A stretch of 64,000 nt of DNA from Endomicrobium sp. (GCA_031271205.1 JAISWG010000015.1:2858-66857), one strand, 5' to 3'; numbered from the stretch's first letter, positions 53,867 to 64,000 are shown. The notes: generated by a model not told the origin, from the letters alone. Made by a program: numbers and translations.

Positions 53867-54139
53867 ATGAGTATTTTTGAAGCTTTTATGATGGTGTGTT
53901 TTGGCACAGCTTGGCCTTTTTCAATATATAAATCTTATAGGTCAAGAACTAACAAAGGAAAGAGTTTGGGGTTTTTGATAGTTGTTATAATAGGCTATAT
54001 ATGTGGTATAATTCATAAAATATTTTATAACTATGACAATGTAATTTTTTTATATCTTTTGAATTTTACGATGATTTTAATAGATTTTTGTTTGTATTTT
54101 AGAAACAACTTAATCGTAAAAAAGCAGAGCTGTGTTTAA
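53867..54139 (+). CDS. Small 3-TM PQ-loop/SemiSWEET-like membrane protein
   Basis: CFGTAWPFSIYKSYRSRTNKGKSLGFL pattern, three hydrophobic segments, purine-rich RBS. Confidence 0.65.
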   Translation: MSIFEAFMMVCFGTAWPFSIYKSYRSRTNKGKSLGFLIVVIIGYICGIIHKIFYNYDNVIFLYLLNFTMILIDFCLYFRNNLIVKKQSCV

Positions 54140-54397
54140 AAAACTAAAGTTGGATATATTGTTAAATAGATTTTTCCTACTAAAAGATAATTTTATACGT
54201 ACCTTACAGTTTTATACTTAAGTCTATGTCTTCAGTTGAAAGCAACAAAGTTTGTTTTGACTTTCGGTTATATTTCAAGTACACTCTAACAAGATGAAAT
54301 GGGTTATGGAAGTCGTATGGTATTTTAGGGCGCTTATGTGGAGAATATGCGTGCGTCGTTGCGGTTTTTGGAGGTGTTGTTTTTACTTGGAGGTTTA

Positions 54398-55495
54398 ATG
54401 TTAAAAAAAGAAGGTGGTTTACGAATCCCATCTGGATGTGCGATAAGCGGAATTATAGATAAAAAGGGTAAAAGATTTAGCGGTGAAGAAATTATTAAGT
54501 CTATTGCTTTAATGCATGAAAGATCAAATGGTTTAGGTGGTGGTTTTGCTGCTTATGGTATTTATCCTCAATATAAAGAGTTTTACGCCTTCCATATTTT
54601 TTACGATAATCTAGGTGTTAAAACTCAAGTAGAAGATTTTCTTGCAAAACATTTTGAAATAGAAAGTGCTGGAAACATTCCTACGAAAGCTGTTCCAAAT
54701 ATAAAAAACCAATCTCTTCTAATATGGCGTTATTTTGTTTATCCAAGAATTTATATATCAAAAGAAGAAGTTATAGATGAAGACGAATTTACTTTCAGAT
54801 GTGTGATAAAAATAAATAAAGAATATAATGGTGCATACGTTTTTTCAAGCGGCAAAAATATGGGAGCTTTTAAAGGTGTGGGATATCCTGAAGATATAGG
54901 CGAATTTTTTATGTTGGACAGGTACGAAGCATACATGTGGACTGCTCATGGAAGGTTTCCTACAAATACTCCGGGCTGGTGGGGTGGCGCACATCCTTTT
55001 ACAATGCTTAACTGGTCTGTAGTGCACAATGGAGAAATATCATCTTATGATGCCAACAGACGTTTTGTTGAGATGTTTGGGTATAAATGTACTTTGCAAA
55101 CTGATACTGAAGTAATAACATATCTTTTTGATTTACTTGTAAGAAAACATAAAATGCCAATGGACGAGGTGTTAAAAACAGTAGCAGCCCCTTTCTGGGA
55201 TGATATAGAAAGAGAAAGTAAAGAAATCCAAAACAAACTTAAAGGTATTAGAACTGTTTACTCTAGTGCGCTTATAAACGGACCTTTTTCGATAATTTTA
55301 GGCTGCCAGAAAGGAATGGTAGCGTTAAATGATAGGATAAAACTTCGCTCTATGGTTGCTGCAGAAAAAGGCGACAGAACTTACGTTGCAAGCGAAGAGA
55401 GTGCTATAAGAATAATATGTGATAATCCTGATAGGGTTTGGTCGCCAAAGGGCGGGGAAGCTGTTATTGCTTCATTGGAAGGTAAAATTAAATGA
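54398..55495 (+). CDS. Glutamate synthase domain 1 (stand-alone class II glutamine amidotransferase; ATG 54398)
   Basis: GGAGG RBS; short leader then SGCAISG; ERSNGLGGGF, HGRFPTN, GGAHPF, VHNGEIS, TDTE, DRIKLR, ASEE. Confidence 0.9.
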   Translation: MLKKEGGLRIPSGCAISGIIDKKGKRFSGEEIIKSIALMHERSNGLGGGFAAYGIYPQYKEFYAFHIFYDNLGVKTQVEDFLAKHFEIESAGNIPTKAVPNIKNQSLLIWRYFVYPRIYISKEEVIDEDEFTFRCVIKINKEYNGAYVFSSGKNMGAFKGVGYPEDIGEFFMLDRYEAYMWTAHGRFPTNTPGWWGGAHPFTMLNWSVVHNGEISSYDANRRFVEMFGYKCTLQTDTEVITYLFDLLVRKHKMPMDEVLKTVAAPFWDDIERESKEIQNKLKGIRTVYSSALINGPFSIILGCQKGMVALNDRIKLRSMVAAEKGDRTYVASEESAIRIICDNPDRVWSPKGGEAVIASLEGKIK

Positions 55496-56997
55496 ATTTA
55501 AATTTTAATAGTCCATTATTTGAAGTAACAAGGGATGAAAAAAAGTGTGTAAAATGTAAAGTTTGTATTGTGGAATGCTCAAACAAAGTTCATTCTTATG
55601 ATGAGAAAAAAGATATTTTTAAGGTTGATAATATGAAATGCGTCAACTGTCACAGATGTGTAGTTCTTTGTTCAGCAAGAGCTTTAATTGTAAAAAAATA
55701 TCCTCTTGAATTTAGAGAAAATAAAAATTGGTCGGAAACGGCAATAAAAGAAATTTATAAACAATCTCAAACCGGAGGAGTTTTACTTTCAAGCATGGGA
55801 AATCCTAATTCTTTTCCAATTTATTGGGATAAAATGCTTCTTAATGCTAGCCAAGTTACAAATCCATCAATAGATCCATTAAGAGAACCTATGGAGACAA
55901 AAGTTATGATAGGCAGAAAGCCTGAAAAACTTGAATTTGACTCTAATGGAAAACTGATAACAAAAATTCCTCCTCAAGTGAGCCTAAGTGTGCCTATAAT
56001 ATTTGCCGCTATGAGTTATGGGGCAATTTCAAAAAATGCACATGAATCTCTTGCTAAAGCTGCGGAGGAGCTTGGCATTTGTTGTAATACAGGCGAGGGC
56101 GGTTTAAATAAAGATTTTTATAAATACGGGAAAAACATTATTGTTCAAGTAGCATCTGGAAGATTTGGTGTTCATAAGAAATATTTAGATACTGGAGTTG
56201 CAATAGAAATTAAGATAGGTCAGGGAGCAAAACCTGGGATTGGTGGACATCTTCCTGGTCGTAAAGTTGGAGAAGATGTTTCTGCTACAAGAATGATACC
56301 AGTAGGTTCTGATGCTATTTCTCCAGCTCCACATCATGATATTTATTCAATTGAAGATTTAAGGCAACTTATATTTTCGTTAAGAGAAGTTACTCATTAT
56401 AAAAAATCAATATTTGTAAAAATTGCAGCGGTGCATAATGCTGCGGCTATAGCTTCTGGTGTGGCGAGGGCTGGAGCAGATGCAATTGTTATTGATGGAT
56501 TTCGTGGTGGTACTGGAGCAGCGCCTACGAGAGTTAGAGATAATGTAGGAATTCCAATAGAGCTTGCTTTGGCTTCAATTGATCAAAGACTAAGGGAAGA
56601 AGAGATAAGAAATCAAGTTTCTTTGTTAGTTTCTGGAAGTATAAGAAATAGCGCAGATGTGGTTAAGGCCATAGCCTTGGGGGCGGATGCAGTATGTATA
56701 GGAACTGCAGCTCTTATAGCCATGGGTTGCCATATGTGTCGCACATGCATTACTGGTAAGTGCAACTGGGGTATAGCAACTCAAGACCCGGAGCTTGAAA
56801 AAAGATTGGATCCAGATATTATATATAAACGTTTGGTTAATTTAGTATCAGCGTGGAATCACGAGATTCAAGAAATGCTCGGTGGTATGGGAATAAATGC
56901 AATTGACAGTTTGCGCGGTAATAGGCTTATGCTTAGAGGTATAGGTTTGAATGAAAAAGAACTTGAGATTCTTGGCATCAAATATGCAGGAGAGTAA
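55492..56997 (+). CDS. Glutamate synthase domain 2 (FMN-binding) with N-terminal 2x[4Fe-4S] ferredoxin
   Basis: CxxCxxCxxxC twice; AMSYGA, NTGEGG, QVASGRFG, EIKIGQGAKPG, GGTGAAP, CHMCRTC...C. Confidence 0.93.
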   Translation: MNLNFNSPLFEVTRDEKKCVKCKVCIVECSNKVHSYDEKKDIFKVDNMKCVNCHRCVVLCSARALIVKKYPLEFRENKNWSETAIKEIYKQSQTGGVLLSSMGNPNSFPIYWDKMLLNASQVTNPSIDPLREPMETKVMIGRKPEKLEFDSNGKLITKIPPQVSLSVPIIFAAMSYGAISKNAHESLAKAAEELGICCNTGEGGLNKDFYKYGKNIIVQVASGRFGVHKKYLDTGVAIEIKIGQGAKPGIGGHLPGRKVGEDVSATRMIPVGSDAISPAPHHDIYSIEDLRQLIFSLREVTHYKKSIFVKIAAVHNAAAIASGVARAGADAIVIDGFRGGTGAAPTRVRDNVGIPIELALASIDQRLREEEIRNQVSLLVSGSIRNSADVVKAIALGADAVCIGTAALIAMGCHMCRTCITGKCNWGIATQDPELEKRLDPDIIYKRLVNLVSAWNHEIQEMLGGMGINAIDSLRGNRLMLRGIGLNEKELEILGIKYAGE

Positions 56998-57000
56998 AAT

Positions 57001-57738
57001 ATGAAAAAAGTAAAAGTTTTGGATATTTATTACCGTGAGCTTAATGATTTCATAGATAATGAAATAAAAACTGATAAAAATATAATGTTGACTAATGTTT
57101 TTGGACAAAGATATATAGGTAGAGGATTGTCTCGAAATGTTAGAATTAAAATACAAGGTACACCTGGAAATGATATGGCAGTTTATATGGACGGAGCAGA
57201 GATAGAGGTATTTGGAAATGTACAAGATGCGGTTGGAAATATTATGAATTCTGGAAGAATTATTGTTCATGGAGGGTGTGGGGATACTCTTGGGTATGCC
57301 ATGAGAGGCGGTGAAATATATATTGAGGGAAATGTAGGTTATAGAGCTGGAATTCACATGAAGGAATATAAGAAAATGAAACCTTTGATTGTTGTTGGTG
57401 GGAAAGCCGGGGATTTTTTAGGTGAATACATGGCTGGTGGGGCTATTATTCTTTTGGCGCTTAATCTTGCAAAAGATGAGGAGATAGTAGGAAGATTTTG
57501 TGGAACGGGAATACATGGTGGGAATATATATATAAATGGCAAAGTTGATAAATATAAATTTGGAAAAGAAATAGAAAAAGTTTCTTTGGACGAAAAAGAT
57601 ATTGTTTTTTTGAAAAAGCATATTGATTTATATTCAAAATTTTTCAAAAAAGATTTATCACATCTGAAGATGAATTTTTTTTCAAAATACATGGCTGTTA
57701 ACAAAAATCCATATGCTAATATGTATTGTGCTAATTAA
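57001..57738 (+). CDS. Glutamate synthase domain 3 (GXGXG beta-helix)
   Basis: GQRYIG, GTPGND, repeated GxxGxxxGxxMxGG. Confidence 0.9.
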   Translation: MKKVKVLDIYYRELNDFIDNEIKTDKNIMLTNVFGQRYIGRGLSRNVRIKIQGTPGNDMAVYMDGAEIEVFGNVQDAVGNIMNSGRIIVHGGCGDTLGYAMRGGEIYIEGNVGYRAGIHMKEYKKMKPLIVVGGKAGDFLGEYMAGGAIILLALNLAKDEEIVGRFCGTGIHGGNIYINGKVDKYKFGKEIEKVSLDEKDIVFLKKHIDLYSKFFKKDLSHLKMNFFSKYMAVNKNPYANMYCAN

Positions 57739-57762
57739 TTTAAGTACGCAGAGGTTAAAGAG

Positions 57763-58902
57763 ATGAAAAATGAGGGTTTTTTTAACAAGCGATATAAGAA
57801 AGCTTATCTTGAACTTTCAAATGGGATGAGACTTCAAGGTAATGCTATAGGTGCGAATGTTTTGGTAAGCGGCGAAATGGTATTTAATACAGGCATGCTC
57901 GGATACAGTGAGGCAATGACAGATCCGTCGTATTTGGGACAGATTTTGGTGTTTAGTTTTTGTTTAATTGGAAATTATGGAATACCTTTCTCTGGAGACG
58001 GGGATTTTTTTTCGCTTCATGGACATGAAAGTTCTTCAATAAAAACACAAGGCATAATAGTTTCGGACGTTTATGGTTGGTGTCATCATCACGACGGAGG
58101 AATATCTCTTGAAGATTGGATGAAAAAACAAGACGTACCGGGTATTGCCGGAATAGACACAAGGTATTTAGTGCAGATAATAAGAGAAAGCGGGAATCTT
58201 TGGGGAAGAATTGTTTCTGAAGGTGCGAAACCTCAAAATAAGAGTAAATTTGAATTTTTAAAACATTTTGAAGATAGAGAATATATCGATCCATCAAAAT
58301 TTAATTTAATGCCGTCGGTGTCAACCAAAAAAAGACAAATAATGGGCAGAGGTTCTAAGAAAATTGCGGTCATTGACTGTGGCGCAAAATGGAACATTAT
58401 GAGAATGCTTATAGAAAGAGGTTGTGAGGTTGAAGTATTGCCGTGGGATACAGATTTTTCAACAGTTAAATGCGACGGATGGGTTATAAGTAATGGTCCC
58501 GGAGATCCTAAAAATACTGCAGATTTAGTTGAGAGAATAAAAAGAGATGTGCTAACTTCAAACAAGCCTACTTTGGGGATATGTTTAGGGCATCAGCTTT
58601 TAGCATTGGCTTCAGGTGCTAAAACCAAAAGATTAAAACATGGGCATAGAAGTCATAATCAGCCGGTTTTTTCTCTTCCGGATAAAAATGCTTACATGTC
58701 TAGTCAGAACCACAGATATGCTGTAACGAAAAATTCAATACAAATTGGTTGGGATTTATGGTTTGAAAATGCCAATGATGATTCTGTTGAAGGTTTGAAA
58801 CATAAAATAAAGCCATTTATGTCAGTGCAGTTTCATCCGGAAGCTTCAGGTGGTCCAAATGATACGTCGTGGATTATGGATAAACTTGTTGGATTGTTAT
58901 AG
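57763..58902 (+). CDS. carA: Carbamoyl-phosphate synthase small chain
   Basis: GEMVFNTG, TDPSY, GIDTR, SNGPGDP, GICLGHQ, QFHPE. Confidence 0.97.
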   Translation: MKNEGFFNKRYKKAYLELSNGMRLQGNAIGANVLVSGEMVFNTGMLGYSEAMTDPSYLGQILVFSFCLIGNYGIPFSGDGDFFSLHGHESSSIKTQGIIVSDVYGWCHHHDGGISLEDWMKKQDVPGIAGIDTRYLVQIIRESGNLWGRIVSEGAKPQNKSKFEFLKHFEDREYIDPSKFNLMPSVSTKKRQIMGRGSKKIAVIDCGAKWNIMRMLIERGCEVEVLPWDTDFSTVKCDGWVISNGPGDPKNTADLVERIKRDVLTSNKPTLGICLGHQLLALASGAKTKRLKHGHRSHNQPVFSLPDKNAYMSSQNHRYAVTKNSIQIGWDLWFENANDDSVEGLKHKIKPFMSVQFHPEASGGPNDTSWIMDKLVGLL

Positions 58903-59721
58903 TAATAGAAGAGATTATAAAAGAAGATATTTATAGGAAAAATTAAAGAACAACATGTAAATTTAACTATTGTTATGGTGGGTAATGAAGTTTCAGTGTA
59001 TGTATTGGATTGTTTCTTGTTTTCGGATGAATATGCTATATAAGTTGTGTCTCGTAAATCTGTGCTTTTATGTATTTTATCATGAAAACATTGTGTGAAG
59101 TTGCAGTAGTTGTTGGAGTTGTAACTACAGATGATGGTATGTTTTCACAGCGATTATCTCCTCTCTATATGCGCAACAGGCTTAATTAAATCGCTTTTTG
59201 GATGTTGGTTGTGCCGAATCAAATACACATATAATGCTTTGTGGGTCGTTATTTGGTTGGCTTGTGTGAATTGTAGTTTTGTATATACTTTGATCAAATC
59301 ACTTTTGTATGTGTATATATTGTAATTTTTGGTGAACCAATCTTCATCAATAGATTTTGGAGCATTGGGTTCTTTGATTTAGTTGATTTTTCGATTTTTA
59401 AAGTTGATCGAATTTCAGTCTTGTGTAGGGACTTAAAGGTTGTTTTTGTTTTTTTTATTTTTTTGCTGTTTTTGTTGCATGTGTTTTTAAATGATTTTTT
59501 GTAACTTTGCTAACGTAGATCAGAGCGGTATAAGTTGTTATATATATGGGTATAACCCCCCCCACCCTACTCGAACGTGTACAAGATACTCTGTTGTAGA
59601 TATGTTGTTTTCATTTCGTTCAAATGTTTAATTTTTTAGAATTTTTGATTCTTGTTATATTACAAAGCTTGTCCATTAATGAAGTTGCAAGAGCTTTCTA
59701 TAACAAAGAGGTAAAAAAATA

Positions 59722-62700
59722 ATGCCAATTTTAAATTTTTTGTTGCCTAAAAATAAAAAAAGACAAAAAGTTATTCTTCTTGGTTCAGGGGCATTGTCTA
59801 TAGGACAGGCAGGTGAATTTGATTATTCAGGTTCTCAAGCTGTAAAGGCATTGGAGGAAGAAGGTTTGGAAGTAATAATTATCAACCCAAATATTGCTTC
59901 GGTTCAAACTAACAAGGGTCCAAACAGGAAAATTTATTTGTATCCTATCACTTCTTTTTGGGTCGAAAAAATTATTAAAATAGAAAAACCTATTGCTATT
60001 ATTTCAAGTTTTGGTGGTCAAACGTCCCTAAACTGTGTTATAGATCTTGAAAAAAGTGGCGTTTTGAAGAAATATAATGTAAAGATTTTGGGAACACAAG
60101 TTAATGCACTTGAATTATCGGAAGACAGAGAGCTTTTTGCGGAGAAAATGAAGTCTATAAATGTTCCTATAGCTAAAAGCCATGCAGTTTCCACAGTAAA
60201 TGAAGCTTTAAAAACAGCTGAGCAAATAGGCTATCCTGTTATTACACGTTCAGCTTTTGCTTTGGGTGGACTGGGTAGTGGACTTGCAAAAAATTCTGTG
60301 GAGTTGAAAAGGTTTACACAGGCGGCGTTAATGATTTCTCCTCAAGTTTTAATTGAAAAATCTCTTCATGGCTGGAAAGAAATAGAATATGAAGTAATGA
60401 GAGATAAAACCGGAAATACTATAACAATATGCAACATGGAAAATTTTGATCCCATGGGAATACACACAGGGGATTCCATAGTTATAGCTCCGTGTCAGAC
60501 GATAAATAACACAGAAAATAATATGCTTAGAGATACAGCCATTAAAATTGCCCAAAATGTTGGTATAGTTGGCGAGTGTAATGTGCAGTATGCTCTAAAT
60601 CCTGAAAATTATGGTTTTTACGTTATAGAAATCAATGCAAGACTTTCTCGCTCTAGCGCTTTAGCAAGCAAAGCAACGGGTTATCCTATAGCTTATATAG
60701 CGGCAAAAATTATTATAGGTTTTGATTTGTTAGAACTAAAAAATCCTGTTACTGGTACAACATCGGCATTTTATGAACCTTCACTTGATTATGTTACTTT
60801 AAAAGTTCCACGTTGGGATTTAAGCAAGTTTACAGGAGTTTCTAAAAATTTAGGTACTCAAATGAAGTCTGTTGGTGAAGTTATGGCAATAGGTAGAAAC
60901 TTTTGCGAAGTTATGCAAAAGGCTCTTAGAATGGTTAATGAGGACGAAAACGGCATAACGGTAAATATTTTTAAAGATGCTTTAGACGAAGATCTCGATA
61001 AAGAGCTTTTGTCACCGACAAACTTGAGAGTCTCTGCAATTTGCGAAACTTTTAAAAGGGGAAAATCTATTGAATATGTTTATGAAAAGACGAAGATAGA
61101 TTATTGGTTTTTATCTCATCTTTTGTATTTGGCGAATATTGAATCTGAATTATTTAATTTTTTTGTGAAACATGTTGAAAAAAAAGATTTGTTTATGGCT
61201 CAAGATATATATAATGCTTATAAAAAAGTTTCAAAAAAACATTTGCATTGCTTAAAGTCCAAAGGGTTTTCTGATTTTCAGCTTACAAAAATTTTTCTTT
61301 TGGCCTGTTTGTCTAGTCAAGCAAAATTGAGCATAAAACATATACGAACTTTGTCTTTTGGCATAAGAAAACTGAGAAAAAAACTAGATGTTCTTCCTGT
61401 TGTAAAAAAAATAGATACAACGTCTTCCGAATATCCAACAAAATCTAATTATTTATATCTTACATACGATGGTGTTCATAATGATGTGTCTATTGAGAAA
61501 AACACAAAGAGTATTATTACTTTGGGTAGTGGAAGTTATCGTATAGGCAGTAGCCTAGAATTTGACTGGTGTTCTGTTATGACAAGTAGTTATTTTAAAA
61601 ATAAAAAGAACAACAGTATTATTATAAATTGTAATCCCGAAACGGTTTCTACGGATTACAGTGCTTCTGATAGGCTCTACTTTGAAGAATTGTCTTTAGA
61701 AAGAGTTTTGGATATTATAGATATTGAAAACCCCAAAGGAGTTGTAGCGTGTATGGGGGGGCAGAATCCTAATAATTTAATTCAATCTTTAAATGAGGCT
61801 AAAGTAAATATTTTGGGGCATAGCCAAAAAAGCGTTGATAGGGCTGAAGATAGAGAGAAGTTCTCAGCAATGCTTGATAATCTTGGCATAGATCAACCAG
61901 AGTGGATTTCAGCTGTTTCCAGAGACGAAATAGAAAAGTTTATAAAAAAAGTGGGGTTTCCAGTACTTATACGCCCAAGTTTTATATTGTCTGGAACACT
62001 TATGAACGTTGCTAATGACAAAGAAAGTTTGGAACATTACCTGTCATTAACAAATGATATTTCAGCTGATTTTCCAGTAGTTATTTCAAAATTTATACTT
62101 GATGCAAAAGAAATAGAATGCGATGGAGTAGCTAAAGGCGGAGAAGTTATATTGTCACTTGTTACGGAACATATAGAAAATGCTGGTGTCCATAGCGGTG
62201 ATGCTACTATGGTTTTCCCGTCACAAAAAATATATACACGTACGGTGAATATTATTAAAGATATAGTTAGAAAAATAGTGAAAGGTCTTAATTTAAATGG
62301 ACCTTTTAACATACAGTTTATAGCTAAAGAAAATGATGTAAAGGTAATAGAGTGTAATGCAAGAGCTTCAAGGTCATTTCCTTTTATTTCAAAAGTTTCT
62401 GGCATAAATTTAGCAGAACTTTCTTGTAAAGTTATGAATAATGAGAGACTGAAAAAGATTTTGATTGATGAAAGCGAAATACCATATGTTGGTGTTAAAG
62501 CATCTATGTTTAGTTTTCAAAGACTTGACGGGGCAGATCCTGTAATAGGCGTTGAAATGACATCAACAGGCGAAGTTGGTTGTTTGGGTGATAAATTTGA
62601 CCACGCGATGCTTTTATCGATGGAAGCTACACAAATAAGAAAGCCTAAAAAGGGCATTTTAATAAGTACAGGGAGAGAAAAAGATAAAATTAAATTTATG

Positions 62701-63036
62701 GAAGTAGTTGATAATCTTTACAAATTAGATGTTCCTGTTTATGCTACAAGAGGGACCACAAAATTTCTTGAAGACAGGGGTTATAAAGCTGAGGTTGTTC
62801 ACTGGAATCGTAATCCAAGAGCAGTAGATGTAATAATAGAAGGGAAAGTTGATTTTGTGATCAACATAAACAAAAATTTAAGCATTGATGAATTGCATAA
62901 TAATTCTGAAATAAGAAAAATAGCTGTTAAATGTGGTTGTTCGTTGCTTACGAATCTTGAAAAAACAATAGCTTATTTAAGAGCCTATAATTCTTATTAT
63001 GAGTTACAAAACATAGATCATTGTATAAGTTTGTAA
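59722..63036 (+). CDS. carB: Carbamoyl-phosphate synthase large chain
   Basis: IGQAGEFDYSG, GWKEIEYE, IHTGDS, EINARLSRSSALASKATG, NPETVSTD, GVHSGD, MGS-like C-terminus. Confidence 0.98.
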   Translation: MPILNFLLPKNKKRQKVILLGSGALSIGQAGEFDYSGSQAVKALEEEGLEVIIINPNIASVQTNKGPNRKIYLYPITSFWVEKIIKIEKPIAIISSFGGQTSLNCVIDLEKSGVLKKYNVKILGTQVNALELSEDRELFAEKMKSINVPIAKSHAVSTVNEALKTAEQIGYPVITRSAFALGGLGSGLAKNSVELKRFTQAALMISPQVLIEKSLHGWKEIEYEVMRDKTGNTITICNMENFDPMGIHTGDSIVIAPCQTINNTENNMLRDTAIKIAQNVGIVGECNVQYALNPENYGFYVIEINARLSRSSALASKATGYPIAYIAAKIIIGFDLLELKNPVTGTTSAFYEPSLDYVTLKVPRWDLSKFTGVSKNLGTQMKSVGEVMAIGRNFCEVMQKALRMVNEDENGITVNIFKDALDEDLDKELLSPTNLRVSAICETFKRGKSIEYVYEKTKIDYWFLSHLLYLANIESELFNFFVKHVEKKDLFMAQDIYNAYKKVSKKHLHCLKSKGFSDFQLTKIFLLACLSSQAKLSIKHIRTLSFGIRKLRKKLDVLPVVKKIDTTSSEYPTKSNYLYLTYDGVHNDVSIEKNTKSIITLGSGSYRIGSSLEFDWCSVMTSSYFKNKKNNSIIINCNPETVSTDYSASDRLYFEELSLERVLDIIDIENPKGVVACMGGQNPNNLIQSLNEAKVNILGHSQKSVDRAEDREKFSAMLDNLGIDQPEWISAVSRDEIEKFIKKVGFPVLIRPSFILSGTLMNVANDKESLEHYLSLTNDISADFPVVISKFILDAKEIECDGVAKGGEVILSLVTEHIENAGVHSGDATMVFPSQKIYTRTVNIIKDIVRKIVKGLNLNGPFNIQFIAKENDVKVIECNARASRSFPFISKVSGINLAELSCKVMNNERLKKILIDESEIPYVGVKASMFSFQRLDGADPVIGVEMTSTGEVGCLGDKFDHAMLLSMEATQIRKPKKGILISTGREKDKIKFMEVVDNLYKLDVPVYATRGTTKFLEDRGYKAEVVHWNRNPRAVDVIIEGKVDFVININKNLSIDELHNNSEIRKIAVKCGCSLLTNLEKTIAYLRAYNSYYELQNIDHCISL

Positions 63037-63210
63037 TTTTCTTTTACTTGAATAAGCATTATTTTAAATGTAACATAAATAAAATGTATTTTATGATGAT
63101 GAACTAGCCTGAAAAAGTTGATAAGGTAAATAGATAAATGTATAAAAACTAATAACTATTTAGTGTAGTTTTGTGTTAGTTGGGTATTTTTTTTGTTTAA
63201 AAGGGATTTT

Positions 63211-64000
63211 ATGTGTGGAATTATTGGTGTAGAAAATAATGAAAATGCGTCGGTGCTTGCTTCAGCTGGTCTTATAACTCTTCAACACAGAGGAGAAGAA
63301 TCTGTAGGCATAACAATCAGTGGTAAAGAAAAAATGAAAACTTTTAGATCTATGGGGCTTGTTTCGACTTTATTTAACGAAGACACTTTGTTGAATAAGC
63401 TTCCTGGAACAGCAGCTATTGGTCATGTACGTTACACCACTTCTGCTAAAAGCTCTTTAATAAATGCGCAGCCTTTTCAGATAAACTGTATTCATGGAAA
63501 TGTAGCTGTAGCTCATAACGGAAACATAACAAATTTTATCAAAATAAGAGAAATGCTTCTTAAAAAGGGAGCTATATTTAGTCATACTTCAGATACAGAA
63601 ATTTTATTACATCTTATAGCTATGTCTAAGGGAAATCTTGCCGATGTTGTGGCAAAATCTTTGTATAGACTTGAAGGTGCTTTTTCTCTTGTTATTCTTA
63701 AAGATAAAACTCTTATAGGTGCTAGAGATGAAAACGGTTTTAGACCTTTGGTTTTGGGGAAGATAGATAGTTCTTACATAATATCTTCCGAAACGTCTGC
63801 GATTGAAGTTATAGGTGGTACATATATAAGAGATATAATGCCTGGAGAAATAGTTGTTATAGAAAATGGACAGATAAAAAAGTCATTTTTTTATAAAAAC
63901 TCCAGACAACAACATACTTGTATTTTTGAACAAGTTTATTTTTCAAGACCTGATAGCATAATGTTTGGCAAGACTGTAAAAGAAGCTAGAGTGAAAATGG
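63211..64000 (+). CDS. purF: Amidophosphoribosyltransferase (runs off the window end; not in the ORF track)
   Basis: MCGIIG, LQHRGEES, IGHVRY, NAQPF, AHNGN, SDTE, RDENGFRPL, SSET, CIFEQVYFSRPDS. Confidence 0.95.
   Translation, partial: MCGIIGVENNENASVLASAGLITLQHRGEESVGITISGKEKMKTFRSMGLVSTLFNEDTLLNKLPGTAAIGHVRYTTSAKSSLINAQPFQINCIHGNVAVAHNGNITNFIKIREMLLKKGAIFSHTSDTEILLHLIAMSKGNLADVVAKSLYRLEGAFSLVILKDKTLIGARDENGFRPLVLGKIDSSYIISSETSAIEVIGGTYIRDIMPGEIVVIENGQIKKSFFYKNSRQQHTCIFEQVYFSRPDSIMFGKTVKEARVKM

Noticed and set aside
54200-54397. Relatively GC-rich leader before the GOGAT genes as a riboswitch or ANTAR twin hairpin
   Set aside because: Only weak, mismatched stems and no correct paired hexaloops. 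The in-frame extension to 54338 is also unlikely given the GGAGG RBS before 54398.

Overview
AT-rich, eroding bacterial chromosome segment. Intact housekeeping operons are separated by 0.4-1.8 kb decayed spacers and pseudogenes. Gene content (diderm lpt/lol/tam genes plus c-di-AMP and mprF) and this decay suggest an intracellular symbiont; from recall only it most resembles Endomicrobium (Elusimicrobiota), which is not database-confirmed. Order: tRNA-Leu-like pseudogene; mprF-tilS-(hpt pseudogene)-ftsH-folE-folP-cdaA-mini cdaR-glmM-pdxJ-glmS-acpS-nnrD-(M20 amidohydrolase pseudogene); argC-argJ; tsaC-glyA-tRNA-Asp; cutA; xerD; minus-strand lptF-lptG-nikM-nikN-larB-larC-larE (nickel-pincer cofactor synthesis, no larA in the window); lysS-lolC/E-lolD-ilvE-tamB-like-Btu/Fec ABC transporter; an envelope glycosylation cluster (ArnT-like/PAP2 fusion, GT2, GT9, second ArnT-like); tRNA-fMet; P-loop kinase; PQ-loop-like protein; three-gene split glutamate synthase; carA, carB and partial purF. 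No CRISPR array, rRNA or intact mobile element was seen. Best leads: the ArnT-PAP2 fusion cluster, the lar/nik operon without larA, and an uncalled 32-aa CdaR-like peptide between cdaA and glmM.
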